Assembly (NCBI RefSeq): GCF_000009045.1 | Contig: NC_000964.3 | Coordinates: 1,200,001 to 1,232,000, forward strand | Reading direction: 5' to 3' | Source: Bacillus subtilis subsp. subtilis str. 168 | Lineage (GTDB): Bacteria; Bacillota; Bacilli; Bacillales; Bacillaceae | Length of the DNA stretch: 32,000 bases | Part shown: positions 22,533-31,082 of the stretch, in pieces | Position numbering within the stretch: position 1 is the first letter of the stretch | Layout: every line of letters starts with the position of its first letter | Notes under the pieces: model-generated | The model's input: only the letters and a program-made list of their open reading frames with translations | Databases searched by the model: none | Told to the model about the DNA's origin: nothing | Made by a program: the position numbers and the translations under genes

Positions 22533-23450
22533 ATGCAGAACATTCCAAAAAACATGTTTGAACCAGCCGCAGCGAATGCCGGCGATGCAGAAAAAATAAG
22601 TAAAAAGAGCCTTTCCCTCTGGAAAGATGCGATGCTTCGCTTCCGCAGCAATAAGCTTGCAATGGTCGGGCTTATCATTATCGTACTTATTATCCTTATG
22701 GCAATTTTTGCGCCGATGTTCTCAAGGTATGATTATTCAACTACTAATCTCTTAAATGCGGATAAGCCGCCTTCAAAAGATCACTGGTTCGGAACAGATG
22801 ATCTTGGACGGGACATTTTCGTCCGTACATGGGTAGGGGCGCGAATCTCAATCTTTATCGGTGTTGCAGCTGCTGTTCTCGATTTGCTGATCGGCGTCAT
22901 TTGGGGGAGCATTTCAGGCTTCCGCGGAGGAAGAACAGATGAAATCATGATGCGTATCGCTGATATCCTTTGGGCAGTTCCTTCATTATTAATGGTTATC
23001 TTACTGATGGTTGTTCTTCCGAAAGGTCTATTTACGATTATTATTGCCATGACGATTACAGGCTGGATTAATATGGCCAGAATCGTGCGCGGACAAGTGC
23101 TGCAGCTGAAGAATCAGGAGTATGTGCTTGCTTCACAGACACTGGGTGCAAAAACATCCCGTCTTCTATTTAAACATATCGTGCCAAACGCAATGGGTTC
23201 TATTTTGGTCACGATGACACTGACAGTTCCTACTGCGATTTTTACAGAAGCCTTTTTAAGCTATTTGGGACTTGGTGTTCCGGCTCCGCTGGCAAGCTGG
23301 GGAACGATGGCTTCTGACGGATTGCCTGCATTGACCTATTATCCGTGGCGTTTATTCTTCCCTGCCGGATTTATCTGCATTACAATGTTTGGTTTTAACG
23401 TTGTCGGCGACGGATTAAGAGACGCATTGGATCCTAAGTTACGTAAATAA
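22533..23450 (+). CDS. oppC: Oligopeptide ABC transporter permease OppC
   Basis: 305 aa; 'QEYVLASQTLGAKTSRLLFKHIVPN' EAA loop; between oppB and oppD. Confidence 0.96.
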   Translation: MQNIPKNMFEPAAANAGDAEKISKKSLSLWKDAMLRFRSNKLAMVGLIIIVLIILMAIFAPMFSRYDYSTTNLLNADKPPSKDHWFGTDDLGRDIFVRTWVGARISIFIGVAAAVLDLLIGVIWGSISGFRGGRTDEIMMRIADILWAVPSLLMVILLMVVLPKGLFTIIIAMTITGWINMARIVRGQVLQLKNQEYVLASQTLGAKTSRLLFKHIVPNAMGSILVTMTLTVPTAIFTEAFLSYLGLGVPAPLASWGTMASDGLPALTYYPWRLFFPAGFICITMFGFNVVGDGLRDALDPKLRK

Positions 23451-23454
23451 GGGA

Positions 23455-24531
23455 GTGATACGGGTGACACGCCTATTAGAAGTAAAAGATTTAGCAATTT
23501 CATTTAAAACATATGGCGGAGAGGTCCAGGCGATCCGCGGAGTGAATTTCCATCTGGATAAAGGGGAGACGCTGGCCATTGTTGGAGAATCAGGTTCCGG
23601 AAAAAGTGTAACCTCTCAAGCGATTATGAAGCTGATTCCAATGCCTCCGGGTTATTTCAAACGCGGTGAGATCCTGTTTGAAGGAAAGGATCTGGTGCCG
23701 CTGTCCGAAAAAGAAATGCAAAATGTCCGGGGAAAAGAGATCGGCATGATATTCCAAGATCCGATGACCTCTTTAAATCCAACGATGAAGGTCGGTAAAC
23801 AAATTACGGAAGTGCTTTTTAAACACGAAAAGATCTCGAAGGAAGCGGCTAAAAAACGCGCGGTTGAACTGCTGGAATTAGTCGGTATCCCAATGCCGGA
23901 AAAGCGGGTGAACCAATTTCCGCATGAATTTTCAGGCGGGATGAGACAGAGGGTTGTCATTGCCATGGCGCTTGCAGCGAATCCGAAACTTCTGATCGCC
24001 GATGAGCCGACAACTGCTCTTGATGTAACGATTCAAGCGCAAATTTTGGAATTAATGAAGGATTTGCAAAAGAAAATTGACACGTCCATCATCTTTATCA
24101 CACACGATCTTGGTGTTGTGGCTAACGTTGCTGACCGGGTCGCTGTCATGTACGCGGGACAGATTGTAGAAACTGGTACGGTAGACGAAATCTTCTACGA
24201 CCCGAGACATCCGTACACTTGGGGGCTTCTTGCATCCATGCCGACACTGGAAAGTTCAGGAGAGGAAGAGCTGACTGCAATTCCGGGCACGCCGCCTGAT
24301 TTGACAAACCCGCCAAAAGGAGATGCTTTTGCCCTGCGGAGCTCTTACGCGATGAAAATCGATTTTGAACAGGAGCCGCCAATGTTTAAGGTATCCGATA
24401 CTCATTATGTAAAATCGTGGCTGCTTCATCCTGACGCGCCAAAGGTAGAGCCGCCTGAAGCGGTAAAAGCGAAAATGCGTAAACTGGCAAACACGTTTGA
24501 AAAACCTGTCTTAGTGAGAGAAGTTGAATGA
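23455..24531 (+). CDS. oppD: Oligopeptide ABC transporter ATP-binding protein OppD
   Basis: 358 aa; '[12 protein letters not shown]', '[15 protein letters not shown]', '[12 protein letters not shown]'. GTG codons at 23455 and 23464 are alternative starts. Confidence 0.95.
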   Translation: MIRVTRLLEVKDLAISFKTYGGEVQAIRGVNFHLDKGETLAIVGESGSGKSVTSQAIMKLIPMPPGYFKRGEILFEGKDLVPLSEKEMQNVRGKEIGMIFQDPMTSLNPTMKVGKQITEVLFKHEKISKEAAKKRAVELLELVGIPMPEKRVNQFPHEFSGGMRQRVVIAMALAANPKLLIADEPTTALDVTIQAQILELMKDLQKKIDTSIIFITHDLGVVANVADRVAVMYAGQIVETGTVDEIFYDPRHPYTWGLLASMPTLESSGEEELTAIPGTPPDLTNPPKGDAFALRSSYAMKIDFEQEPPMFKVSDTHYVKSWLLHPDAPKVEPPEAVKAKMRKLANTFEKPVLVREVE

Positions 24532-25450
24532 ATTGACTGAAAAACTATTAGAAATCAAACATTTAAAACAGCACTTTGTCACGCCGAGGGGAACGGTTAA
24601 GGCTGTAGATGATTTATCATTTGATATCTATAAAGGTGAAACATTAGGGCTGGTTGGTGAATCTGGCTGCGGTAAATCGACAACAGGCCGAAGCATTATC
24701 AGGCTGTACGAAGCAACCGATGGTGAGGTGCTGTTCAACGGCGAAAATGTGCACGGGAGAAAATCGCGGAAAAAGCTGCTGGAATTCAACCGCAAAATGC
24801 AGATGATTTTCCAAGACCCCTATGCATCCCTGAATCCGAGAATGACAGTTGCTGATATTATTGCTGAAGGCCTTGATATTCATAAGCTGGCAAAAACGAA
24901 AAAAGAGCGGATGCAGCGAGTTCATGAACTATTGGAAACAGTGGGATTGAACAAGGAACACGCGAACCGCTATCCTCATGAATTTTCCGGCGGCCAGCGC
25001 CAAAGAATCGGGATTGCCAGAGCGCTTGCTGTTGATCCGGAATTCATTATCGCGGATGAGCCGATTTCCGCTTTGGATGTATCCATTCAAGCGCAGGTCG
25101 TGAATTTAATGAAAGAACTGCAAAAAGAAAAAGGGCTCACATACCTGTTTATTGCCCACGATTTATCGATGGTCAAATACATCAGTGACCGCATTGGCGT
25201 CATGTATTTCGGGAAACTGGTTGAGCTTGCGCCGGCAGATGAGCTTTATGAAAATCCGCTTCACCCATATACAAAATCATTGCTTTCTGCGATTCCGCTT
25301 CCTGATCCGGACTATGAGAGAAATCGCGTTCGCCAGAAATATGATCCGTCTGTCCATCAATTAAAGGATGGGGAAACGATGGAATTCCGTGAAGTCAAAC
25401 CGGGACATTTTGTGATGTGCACGGAAGCCGAATTTAAAGCTTTTTCATGA
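24524..25450 (+). CDS. oppF: Oligopeptide ABC transporter ATP-binding protein OppF
   Basis: Up to 308 aa; '[13 protein letters not shown]', '[15 protein letters not shown]', 'FIIADEPISALD'; TTG starts possible at 24524 or 24533; overlaps oppD. Confidence 0.95.
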   Translation: MNELTEKLLEIKHLKQHFVTPRGTVKAVDDLSFDIYKGETLGLVGESGCGKSTTGRSIIRLYEATDGEVLFNGENVHGRKSRKKLLEFNRKMQMIFQDPYASLNPRMTVADIIAEGLDIHKLAKTKKERMQRVHELLETVGLNKEHANRYPHEFSGGQRQRIGIARALAVDPEFIIADEPISALDVSIQAQVVNLMKELQKEKGLTYLFIAHDLSMVKYISDRIGVMYFGKLVELAPADELYENPLHPYTKSLLSAIPLPDPDYERNRVRQKYDPSVHQLKDGETMEFREVKPGHFVMCTEAEFKAFS

Positions 25451-25456
25451 TTCATC

Positions 25457-25491
25457 AATCCTTCAAGAGATTTCTCTTGAAGGATTTTTTT
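25457..25491 (+). terminator. Terminator of the opp operon
   Basis: aatccttcaagaga-ttt-ctcttgaaggattttttt. Confidence 0.92.
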
Positions 25492-25556
25492 GCGTCTTCA
25501 TAGAAAGTGAGAATGATAACATTTACAATTAGAGGAAAAAGCGGAGGCGAAATACG

Positions 25557-26774
25557 ATTCAATTTCTGCATAACAAAAATGTTTTTGCGCTATTGCTGTC
25601 TCAATCTTTTCAATCTTTAGCAGGAGTCCTCGTCACAATCGTTTTAATGGTCCGGATCTATCAAATGACTGACTCCGTTTTTTTGGCGGGCCTTATTTTA
25701 TCGTTCATGTCGTTTGCGAGTATAGCAGCAAGCTTTTGCGTCTCTCCGGTGCTTCGCATTCTCGGTTTTAAAAAGGTGCTTGCGGGAGCGAATCTGCTGA
25801 GAGCGGTCTTTATTATACTGATGGCATACAGCGTCACTCATCACGGACAGGCATTCTTTTGGATTACGCTGCTGTTTGTGTTTTGTTTTTCCTTCGCGGG
25901 CGCTTTTTTTCAGCCGGCAAGATTTGCGCTGCTGCCGATTATTGTTCCAAAGAAGCAATATGTAAAAGCGAATGGTGTGATCTCCCTCTCGAATCAATTG
26001 TTCTTAACAGCAGGCTGGGGCCTTGGAGGCCTTCTGACGTACGCCGTCCCTTTTGAACTCGTTGTCGGCGCTGCCATTTGCCTGTTTGTTCTATCGGGAG
26101 CTTCCATCAGTGTGCTGCATGTAAATGAAGAAGAGGCTGCAGGAACTGCTGAAACAGCATCTGTCAGAAGTATATGGAAGGATTTAATGATCATCCCTAT
26201 TGTAAGAGACATTACTGTAATGGACATGTTAGAAGCTTTGGCGGGTTCCGTATGGTCATCTGCTATTCTCCTCGCATTTACTGCGGCTGTTTTGCATGAA
26301 ACAGAGGTGTGGTGGGGGATGTTTAACGCTTCCTATTTTATAGGCGCAATTGTCGGCAGTGTGATTGCTATTCGTTTTTCTTCTTTTTTTGAGCGGAATA
26401 TGGGCTATGCCATTATGTTCAGCTCGCTTGTAATGTCGGCGCTGACCCTTTTGTTTTCATTTTCTCCAGTCCCATTTTTATGCGCTCTGGCTTGTGCTGC
26501 AATGGGGCCTTTTTATCAGGTGCGTGATATTTGCCAGGAAACCATGCTGCAGGAAGTTATTCCCGAGCAGAAACGAATCGGAATCATGGCTGCAAAAAAT
26601 GCGATTTTGACTCCTTGGTCAGGCGTCACCTACTCCATTATGGGGCTAGTGGCTGATGCTGCTGGTGCGAAAATAGCTTTTATCGCGGCTGCTGCATTAT
26701 ATATCATGACATTTCTGATTGCACTGGCGCAGCCCCGTCTGGTTCATTACAGGCGAGAAAATCGAGTTCAATGA
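25557..26774 (+). CDS. yjbB: MFS-type transporter YjbB; start codon uncertain (possible ATT at 25557; ORF-track start TTG at 25593)
   Basis: Multiple transmembrane segments and MFS-like N-terminus 'FALLLSQSFQSLAGVLVTIVLMVRIYQMTDSVFLAGLILSF'. SD GGAGG at 25543-25547 sits 9 nt before ATT 25557 but 45 nt before TTG 25593. Confidence 0.78.
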   Translation: MQFLHNKNVFALLLSQSFQSLAGVLVTIVLMVRIYQMTDSVFLAGLILSFMSFASIAASFCVSPVLRILGFKKVLAGANLLRAVFIILMAYSVTHHGQAFFWITLLFVFCFSFAGAFFQPARFALLPIIVPKKQYVKANGVISLSNQLFLTAGWGLGGLLTYAVPFELVVGAAICLFVLSGASISVLHVNEEEAAGTAETASVRSIWKDLMIIPIVRDITVMDMLEALAGSVWSSAILLAFTAAVLHETEVWWGMFNASYFIGAIVGSVIAIRFSSFFERNMGYAIMFSSLVMSALTLLFSFSPVPFLCALACAAMGPFYQVRDICQETMLQEVIPEQKRIGIMAAKNAILTPWSGVTYSIMGLVADAAGAKIAFIAAAALYIMTFLIALAQPRLVHYRRENRVQ

Positions 26775-26789
26775 GAAACACTTCAAAAT

Positions 26790-26813
26790 GAACGGAGCAG
26801 CTGGCTCCGTTTT
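26790..26813 (+). terminator. Terminator-like hairpin downstream of yjbB
   Basis: AACGGAGC - agctg - GCTCCGTTTT. Confidence 0.7.
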
Positions 26814-26827
26814 GCTGAAAAAAAAAT

Positions 26828-26854
26828 GAAACCATGGCGGAAGTTCGCACGTCT
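26828..26854 (+). promoter_or_regulatory. ECF sigma (W/X/M-type) promoter upstream of yjbC
   Basis: TGAAAC (26828-26833) - 17 nt - CGTC (26851-26854). Confidence 0.75.
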
Positions 26855-26871
26855 TTATAGATGTAAGGCTG

Positions 26872-26896
26872 TTTAAACAAGAAGAAATGGGGTATA
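26872..26896 (+). promoter_or_regulatory. SigB promoter upstream of yjbC
   Basis: GTTTAA (26872-26877) - 13 nt - GGGTAT (26891-26896): exact match to GTTTAA-N12-14-GGGTAT. Confidence 0.88.
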
Positions 26897-26937
26897 TCTA
26901 AAAGTATGAAGACAACGAACTCATAAGGAGCAAATCA

Positions 26938-27516
26938 ATGAACTGGTATGAAAAGCTTAGCGAGTACTTTCCAATTGAAGAAATGAAATCAAAAGCGCAT
27001 ATGGAAGCTCTTCTGAAAGAGCGAAGCGATATTTATCATAAAGATGAAGGCAAACATCATATTTTAATGTTTGCGGAATTCGATTCTTTTATCTTCGTTG
27101 ATTATCTGTATGTGTCTAAGGATGCAAGAGGGCAGGGGCTTGGCGGCAAATTGATCGCGAAGCTGAAAAAGAAAAATAAGCCCATATTGCTCGAGGTGGA
27201 ACCTGTGGATGAAGATGATACTGATACAGAAAAACGCCTGAGGTTTTATCAAAGAGAGCATTTCAAGCATGCTCAGTCAATTGGGTACCGGCGCCGGTCA
27301 TTGGCTACGAATGAAGTAAACAAGATGGAGATTCTGTACTGGTCACCAAAAACAGAATCAGAAGAAGAAATTCTTGAAGCCATGAAACAGACATATGAAA
27401 ACATTCATACTTATAAAGATGAGAAATGGTACGGAGAATCGTACGAAAAAACGGATGAGGTCTTGGAAATCATCGATGAAGAAAAACAAAAAAATATTTT
27501 CGATCAGTTAAGCTAA
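26938..27516 (+). CDS. yjbC: GNAT-family acetyltransferase YjbC (192 aa)
   Basis: GNAT acetyl-CoA-binding segment 'VSKDARGQGLGGKLIAKLKKKNKP'; upstream of spx. Confidence 0.88.
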   Translation: MNWYEKLSEYFPIEEMKSKAHMEALLKERSDIYHKDEGKHHILMFAEFDSFIFVDYLYVSKDARGQGLGGKLIAKLKKKNKPILLEVEPVDEDDTDTEKRLRFYQREHFKHAQSIGYRRRSLATNEVNKMEILYWSPKTESEEEILEAMKQTYENIHTYKDEKWYGESYEKTDEVLEIIDEEKQKNIFDQLS

Positions 27517-27558
27517 TTGAGAATAAGAACATATCATGAACATTAAAAATTTGCTGGA

Positions 27559-27612
27559 TTGACACATTTTTTTCTTAGGATACTGTTCACACTTACTTTT
27601 TTATAGTATAAT
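27559..27612 (+). promoter_or_regulatory. Tandem SigA-like promoters for spx
   Basis: TTGACA (27559-27564)-16-TACTGT (27581-27586), and TGTTCA (27584-27589)-17-TATAAT (27607-27612). Confidence 0.65.
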
Positions 27613-27696
27613 ACCTGTAAAGATTCCTTTTTTAGAGTAATTTCAATTTAAGAATAAAATAGATGTTCATCCTACTAATTAGAGGAGTGAAGATGA

Positions 27697-28092
27697 ATGG
27701 TTACACTATACACATCACCAAGCTGTACTTCATGCAGAAAGGCGAGAGCGTGGCTCGAGGAGCACGAGATTCCATTTGTAGAAAGAAACATTTTCTCTGA
27801 ACCTTTATCAATTGATGAAATAAAACAAATTCTTCGAATGACTGAGGACGGAACAGATGAAATCATCTCAACCCGTTCAAAAGTATTCCAAAAACTGAAT
27901 GTGAACGTTGAATCTATGCCGCTGCAAGATTTGTACCGCTTGATCAACGAGCATCCAGGTTTGCTTCGCCGTCCGATCATCATTGACGAAAAACGTTTGC
28001 AGGTCGGATATAACGAAGACGAAATCAGACGTTTCCTGCCAAGAAAAGTTCGCTCTTTCCAATTAAGAGAAGCACAGCGTTTGGCAAACTAA
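27697..28092 (+). CDS. spx: Spx, redox-sensing transcriptional regulator (ArsC family)
   Basis: 131 aa; [27 protein letters not shown] with N-terminal CxxC; SD gaggag. Confidence 0.98.
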   Translation: MVTLYTSPSCTSCRKARAWLEEHEIPFVERNIFSEPLSIDEIKQILRMTEDGTDEIISTRSKVFQKLNVNVESMPLQDLYRLINEHPGLLRRPIIIDEKRLQVGYNEDEIRRFLPRKVRSFQLREAQRLAN

Positions 28093-28106
28093 TAGATCGT
28101 ATCATC

Positions 28107-28140
28107 AAAAGAAGGCTGAGTCATCAGCCTTCTTTTATTT
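28107..28140. terminator. Bidirectional terminator between convergent spx and yjbE
   Basis: aaaagaaggctga-gtca-tcagccttctttt. Confidence 0.9.
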
Positions 28141-28791
28141 TTCAACCTGCTGGTAATAAATGCTCGCAAGGATGACAAACGCAACCGTCAAAATGGGGAG
28201 GAGCGTTTCGACTGTGCCGTGCTGCGCCATAAAAAGCGACAGCTTTTTGTCTCTGACAATCATTTCTCCGCCAGTATAAGCAAGCAGCCCGCTTCCCGCG
28301 TAAATCAGAAGCGGTATTTTCTCTAGTGCAATATGGATGAGTTTGCTGCCCCAAATAATAACCGGAACCGATACACACAATCCTATAACAACGAGAGAAA
28401 ACTCACCGTGTGAAGCTCCCGCAACTGCGATGACGTTGTCCAGCGACATAAAGAGATCTGCAAGCACAATCGTTCGTATCGCTCTCCACAGGGAGGTGCT
28501 GCTTTTAATGTGTTTCGTGTCTTTTTTTTCAATCAGCAGCTGATATCCTAAATACAGCAGGAAAATTCCGCCGGCGCACTGCAAGAACGGAATGTTCAAA
28601 AGATATACTGCTGCACTTGTTAATCCGATTCTCATGGCAACGGCAATAAATGTTCCGAGAATAATGGCTTGCTGTCTTTGCTTGTCCGGCAAATGTCTGC
28701 TGGCCATGGCAATAACAACCGCGTTATCTCCGCCGAGGATCAGGTCAATCCCAACAATGACGAGCAGAGAAATCAGATAGTCATGCTCCAT
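28135..28791 (-). CDS. yjbE: TerC/Alx-family integral membrane protein YjbE
   Basis: 218 aa; 'LILGGDNAVVIAMASRHLP' and 'VLADLFMSLDNVIAVAGAS', the TerC-type acidic membrane motifs. Confidence 0.93.
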   Translation of the reverse strand: MEHDYLISLLVIVGIDLILGGDNAVVIAMASRHLPDKQRQQAIILGTFIAVAMRIGLTSAAVYLLNIPFLQCAGGIFLLYLGYQLLIEKKDTKHIKSSTSLWRAIRTIVLADLFMSLDNVIAVAGASHGEFSLVVIGLCVSVPVIIWGSKLIHIALEKIPLLIYAGSGLLAYTGGEMIVRDKKLSLFMAQHGTVETLLPILTVAFVILASIYYQQVEK

Positions 28792-28827
28792 GAAGCGGCA
28801 CCTCGCTTTCAGTCCTTCGCTTGTACT

Positions 28828-28855
28828 ACTACTATATGAGACAGGTCATATTTTA
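28828..28855 (-). promoter_or_regulatory. Candidate sigE-type promoter for yjbE
   Basis: Minus strand TCATAAA - 13 nt - CATATAGT, partial match to KMATATT-N13-15-CATAYAHT. Confidence 0.35.
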
Positions 28856-29067
28856 TGATATCAGCCGCCTGATCTGCCGTTTTTTAGGCAAAGGTGCATT
28901 TTTATTTCTTTTGTGACTGTTTTATCATAAAATAGAAATACAAAGGAATTCACACTGGCCTTGGTTAAGGTTAAGATGTGGACGGAATGGGTAAAGTGTA
29001 GTAAAGTACAATTAATCGGGAGCTTAGATGTCCCTTCAACATCTTATATAGAAGGGAAGGTTGGCAA

Positions 29068-29724
29068 ATGGAAATTGAAAGAATTAACGAGCATACAGTA
29101 AAATTTTATATGTCTTACGGAGATATTGAAGATCGCGGTTTTGACAGAGAAGAAATTTGGTATAACCGTGAGCGCAGTGAAGAACTTTTCTGGGAAGTCA
29201 TGGATGAAGTTCATGAAGAAGAGGAATTCGCTGTGGAAGGCCCACTTTGGATTCAAGTTCAGGCACTGGACAAAGGATTAGAAATCATCGTCACAAAAGC
29301 CCAGCTTTCCAAAGACGGACAAAAGCTCGAACTGCCGATTCCTGAGGATAAAAAGCAAGAACCAGCATCTGAGGATCTTGACGCCTTGCTGGATGATTTC
29401 CAGAAAGAAGAGCAAGCCGTCAATCAGGAAGAGAAGGAGCAAAAGCTTCAATTTGTCTTGCGATTTGGCGATTTTGAGGATGTTATTTCTCTATCTAAAT
29501 TGAACGTTAACGGAAGCAAAACGACTTTATATTCGTTTGAGAACCGATATTATTTATATGTAGATTTTTGCAATATGACTGATGAAGAGGTTGAAAATCA
29601 GCTAAGCATCCTGCTGGAGTACGCAACTGAATCCTCAATCAGCATACACCGTCTTGAAGAGTACGGCAAGCTGATTATTTCAGAGCATGCTCTAGAAACG
29701 ATAAAAAAACACTTTGCATCATAG
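29068..29724 (+). CDS. mecA: MecA, ClpC adaptor and negative regulator of competence
   Basis: 218 aa; MEIERINEHTVKFYMSYGDIEDRGFDREEIWYNRERSEELFWEVMDE... Confidence 0.97.
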   Translation: MEIERINEHTVKFYMSYGDIEDRGFDREEIWYNRERSEELFWEVMDEVHEEEEFAVEGPLWIQVQALDKGLEIIVTKAQLSKDGQKLELPIPEDKKQEPASEDLDALLDDFQKEEQAVNQEEKEQKLQFVLRFGDFEDVISLSKLNVNGSKTTLYSFENRYYLYVDFCNMTDEEVENQLSILLEYATESSISIHRLEEYGKLIISEHALETIKKHFAS

Positions 29725-29725
29725 C

Positions 29726-29757
29726 AAACCGATTTCCTTCCGGAAATCGGTTTTTTT
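29726..29757 (+). terminator. Terminator downstream of mecA
   Basis: aaaccgatttcc-ttcc-ggaaatcggtttttttt. Confidence 0.92.
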
Positions 29758-29765
29758 TATGCACG

Positions 29766-29778
29766 AAAATGCCATTTT
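29766..29778. promoter_or_regulatory. Candidate ComK AT-box upstream of coiA
   Basis: AAAA-TGCCA-TTTT exact AAAA-N5-TTTT; a degenerate A-rich partner starts about 9 nt downstream (29788). Confidence 0.55.
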
Positions 29779-29884
29779 AGAGATGTGAAAAATCAAAAAC
29801 ATATAGACAAGCAGAAAATACAGCGAACAGGAGTTGATCATCTTTTCCAGAAAGTATACTTCATCTGGAAAGGAGAGATGACAA

Positions 29885-31036
29885 TTGTTTAGTGCTGTGA
29901 CTGAAGACGGCCAAATGTTTCACCTTCTAGGCGCTCAGCAAAACCAGAAATTAAAGCGGAGACGGTTCTTCTGTCCGGTATGCGGGGGAGAGCTAGCTGT
30001 GAAGCTCGGACTTCAAAAAGCGCCGCATTTTGCCCATAAACAGAACAAGTCCTGCGCCATAGACATCGAGCCGGAAAGCGCCTACCACTTAGAAGGAAAA
30101 AGACAGCTGTATGTATGGCTGAAAACGCAACGGGCTTCACCAATATTGGAGCCGTATATAAGGACAATCAACCAAAGACCGGACGTCATGGCAAGAATCA
30201 AGGAGCATATGCTTGCTGTTGAATATCAATGCGCCACTATCGCTCCAGATGTCTTTCAAAAGCGGACAGAGGGCTTCAAACAAGAAGGAATCATCCCGCA
30301 GTGGATTATGGGATACAGCCGCTTAAAACGGACTGCTTCGTCCTTTTATCAGCTTTCAACTTTTCATTGGCAGTTTATCAATGCAAGTCCATACAGAGAA
30401 CTGATATGTTATTGTCCTGAAAGGCGTTCTTTTCTCCGGCTCAGCCACATCATTCCATTCTACACAAACCATTCTTATTCCTCAGTCCAAACGATCCCTA
30501 TCCATCGGGCAGGTGCAGGCGATCTTTTTTTCACTGAACCGAAACCCTCAATTCAATATTCAGGCTGGACGAAAGCGATTCACCGTTTTCGCCATAAACC
30601 CCATCGGTTTAACTCAAAGGAAACAAATCGCCTTAGGCTGCTGTTTTATGAGAAACGACAGACGCCTTTTTCTTTTCTGCCGACTGAAGTGTTTGTTCCT
30701 GTTAGAAAAGGGGCAGTTTTTAAGAGTCCGGTTTTTGTGTGGCAGGGGTTTCTTTATTTGTTTATGACGGATCTTGGAGGTAAACGTGCGCCAATTCGTT
30801 TTTCAGCCGTTTTGCAGCAGTGCAAACTGCACATTCATAATAAGAACATTGCACTCAGGTCCGAATGCAGCGAAGAGTGTCTTTCAGAAGCGGTTAAACA
30901 GTATATTGATTTTTTGTGCAAGAAGGGATTTTTAAGGGAGACTCAGAAAGAAGTATATGTGCTGAATCAGCCTGCAGGAGGCATACACTCCATGCAGGAT
31001 CTCATAGAAAGAGACCGCAGCTGTTTTATAGAATGA
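29885..31036 (+). CDS. coiA: Competence protein CoiA
   Basis: 383 aa from TTG 29885; N-terminal 'FFCPVCGGELAVKLGLQKAPHFAHK' (CoiA zinc-finger-like region) and 'RPDVMARIKEHMLAVEYQCATI' nuclease-like core. Confidence 0.9.
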   Translation: MFSAVTEDGQMFHLLGAQQNQKLKRRRFFCPVCGGELAVKLGLQKAPHFAHKQNKSCAIDIEPESAYHLEGKRQLYVWLKTQRASPILEPYIRTINQRPDVMARIKEHMLAVEYQCATIAPDVFQKRTEGFKQEGIIPQWIMGYSRLKRTASSFYQLSTFHWQFINASPYRELICYCPERRSFLRLSHIIPFYTNHSYSSVQTIPIHRAGAGDLFFTEPKPSIQYSGWTKAIHRFRHKPHRFNSKETNRLRLLFYEKRQTPFSFLPTEVFVPVRKGAVFKSPVFVWQGFLYLFMTDLGGKRAPIRFSAVLQQCKLHIHNKNIALRSECSEECLSEAVKQYIDFLCKKGFLRETQKEVYVLNQPAGGIHSMQDLIERDRSCFIE

Positions 31037-31082
31037 GTTTGTCTTATTTGGCTCACCCTAAGACAAAGGTGGTGGGCAGGCT

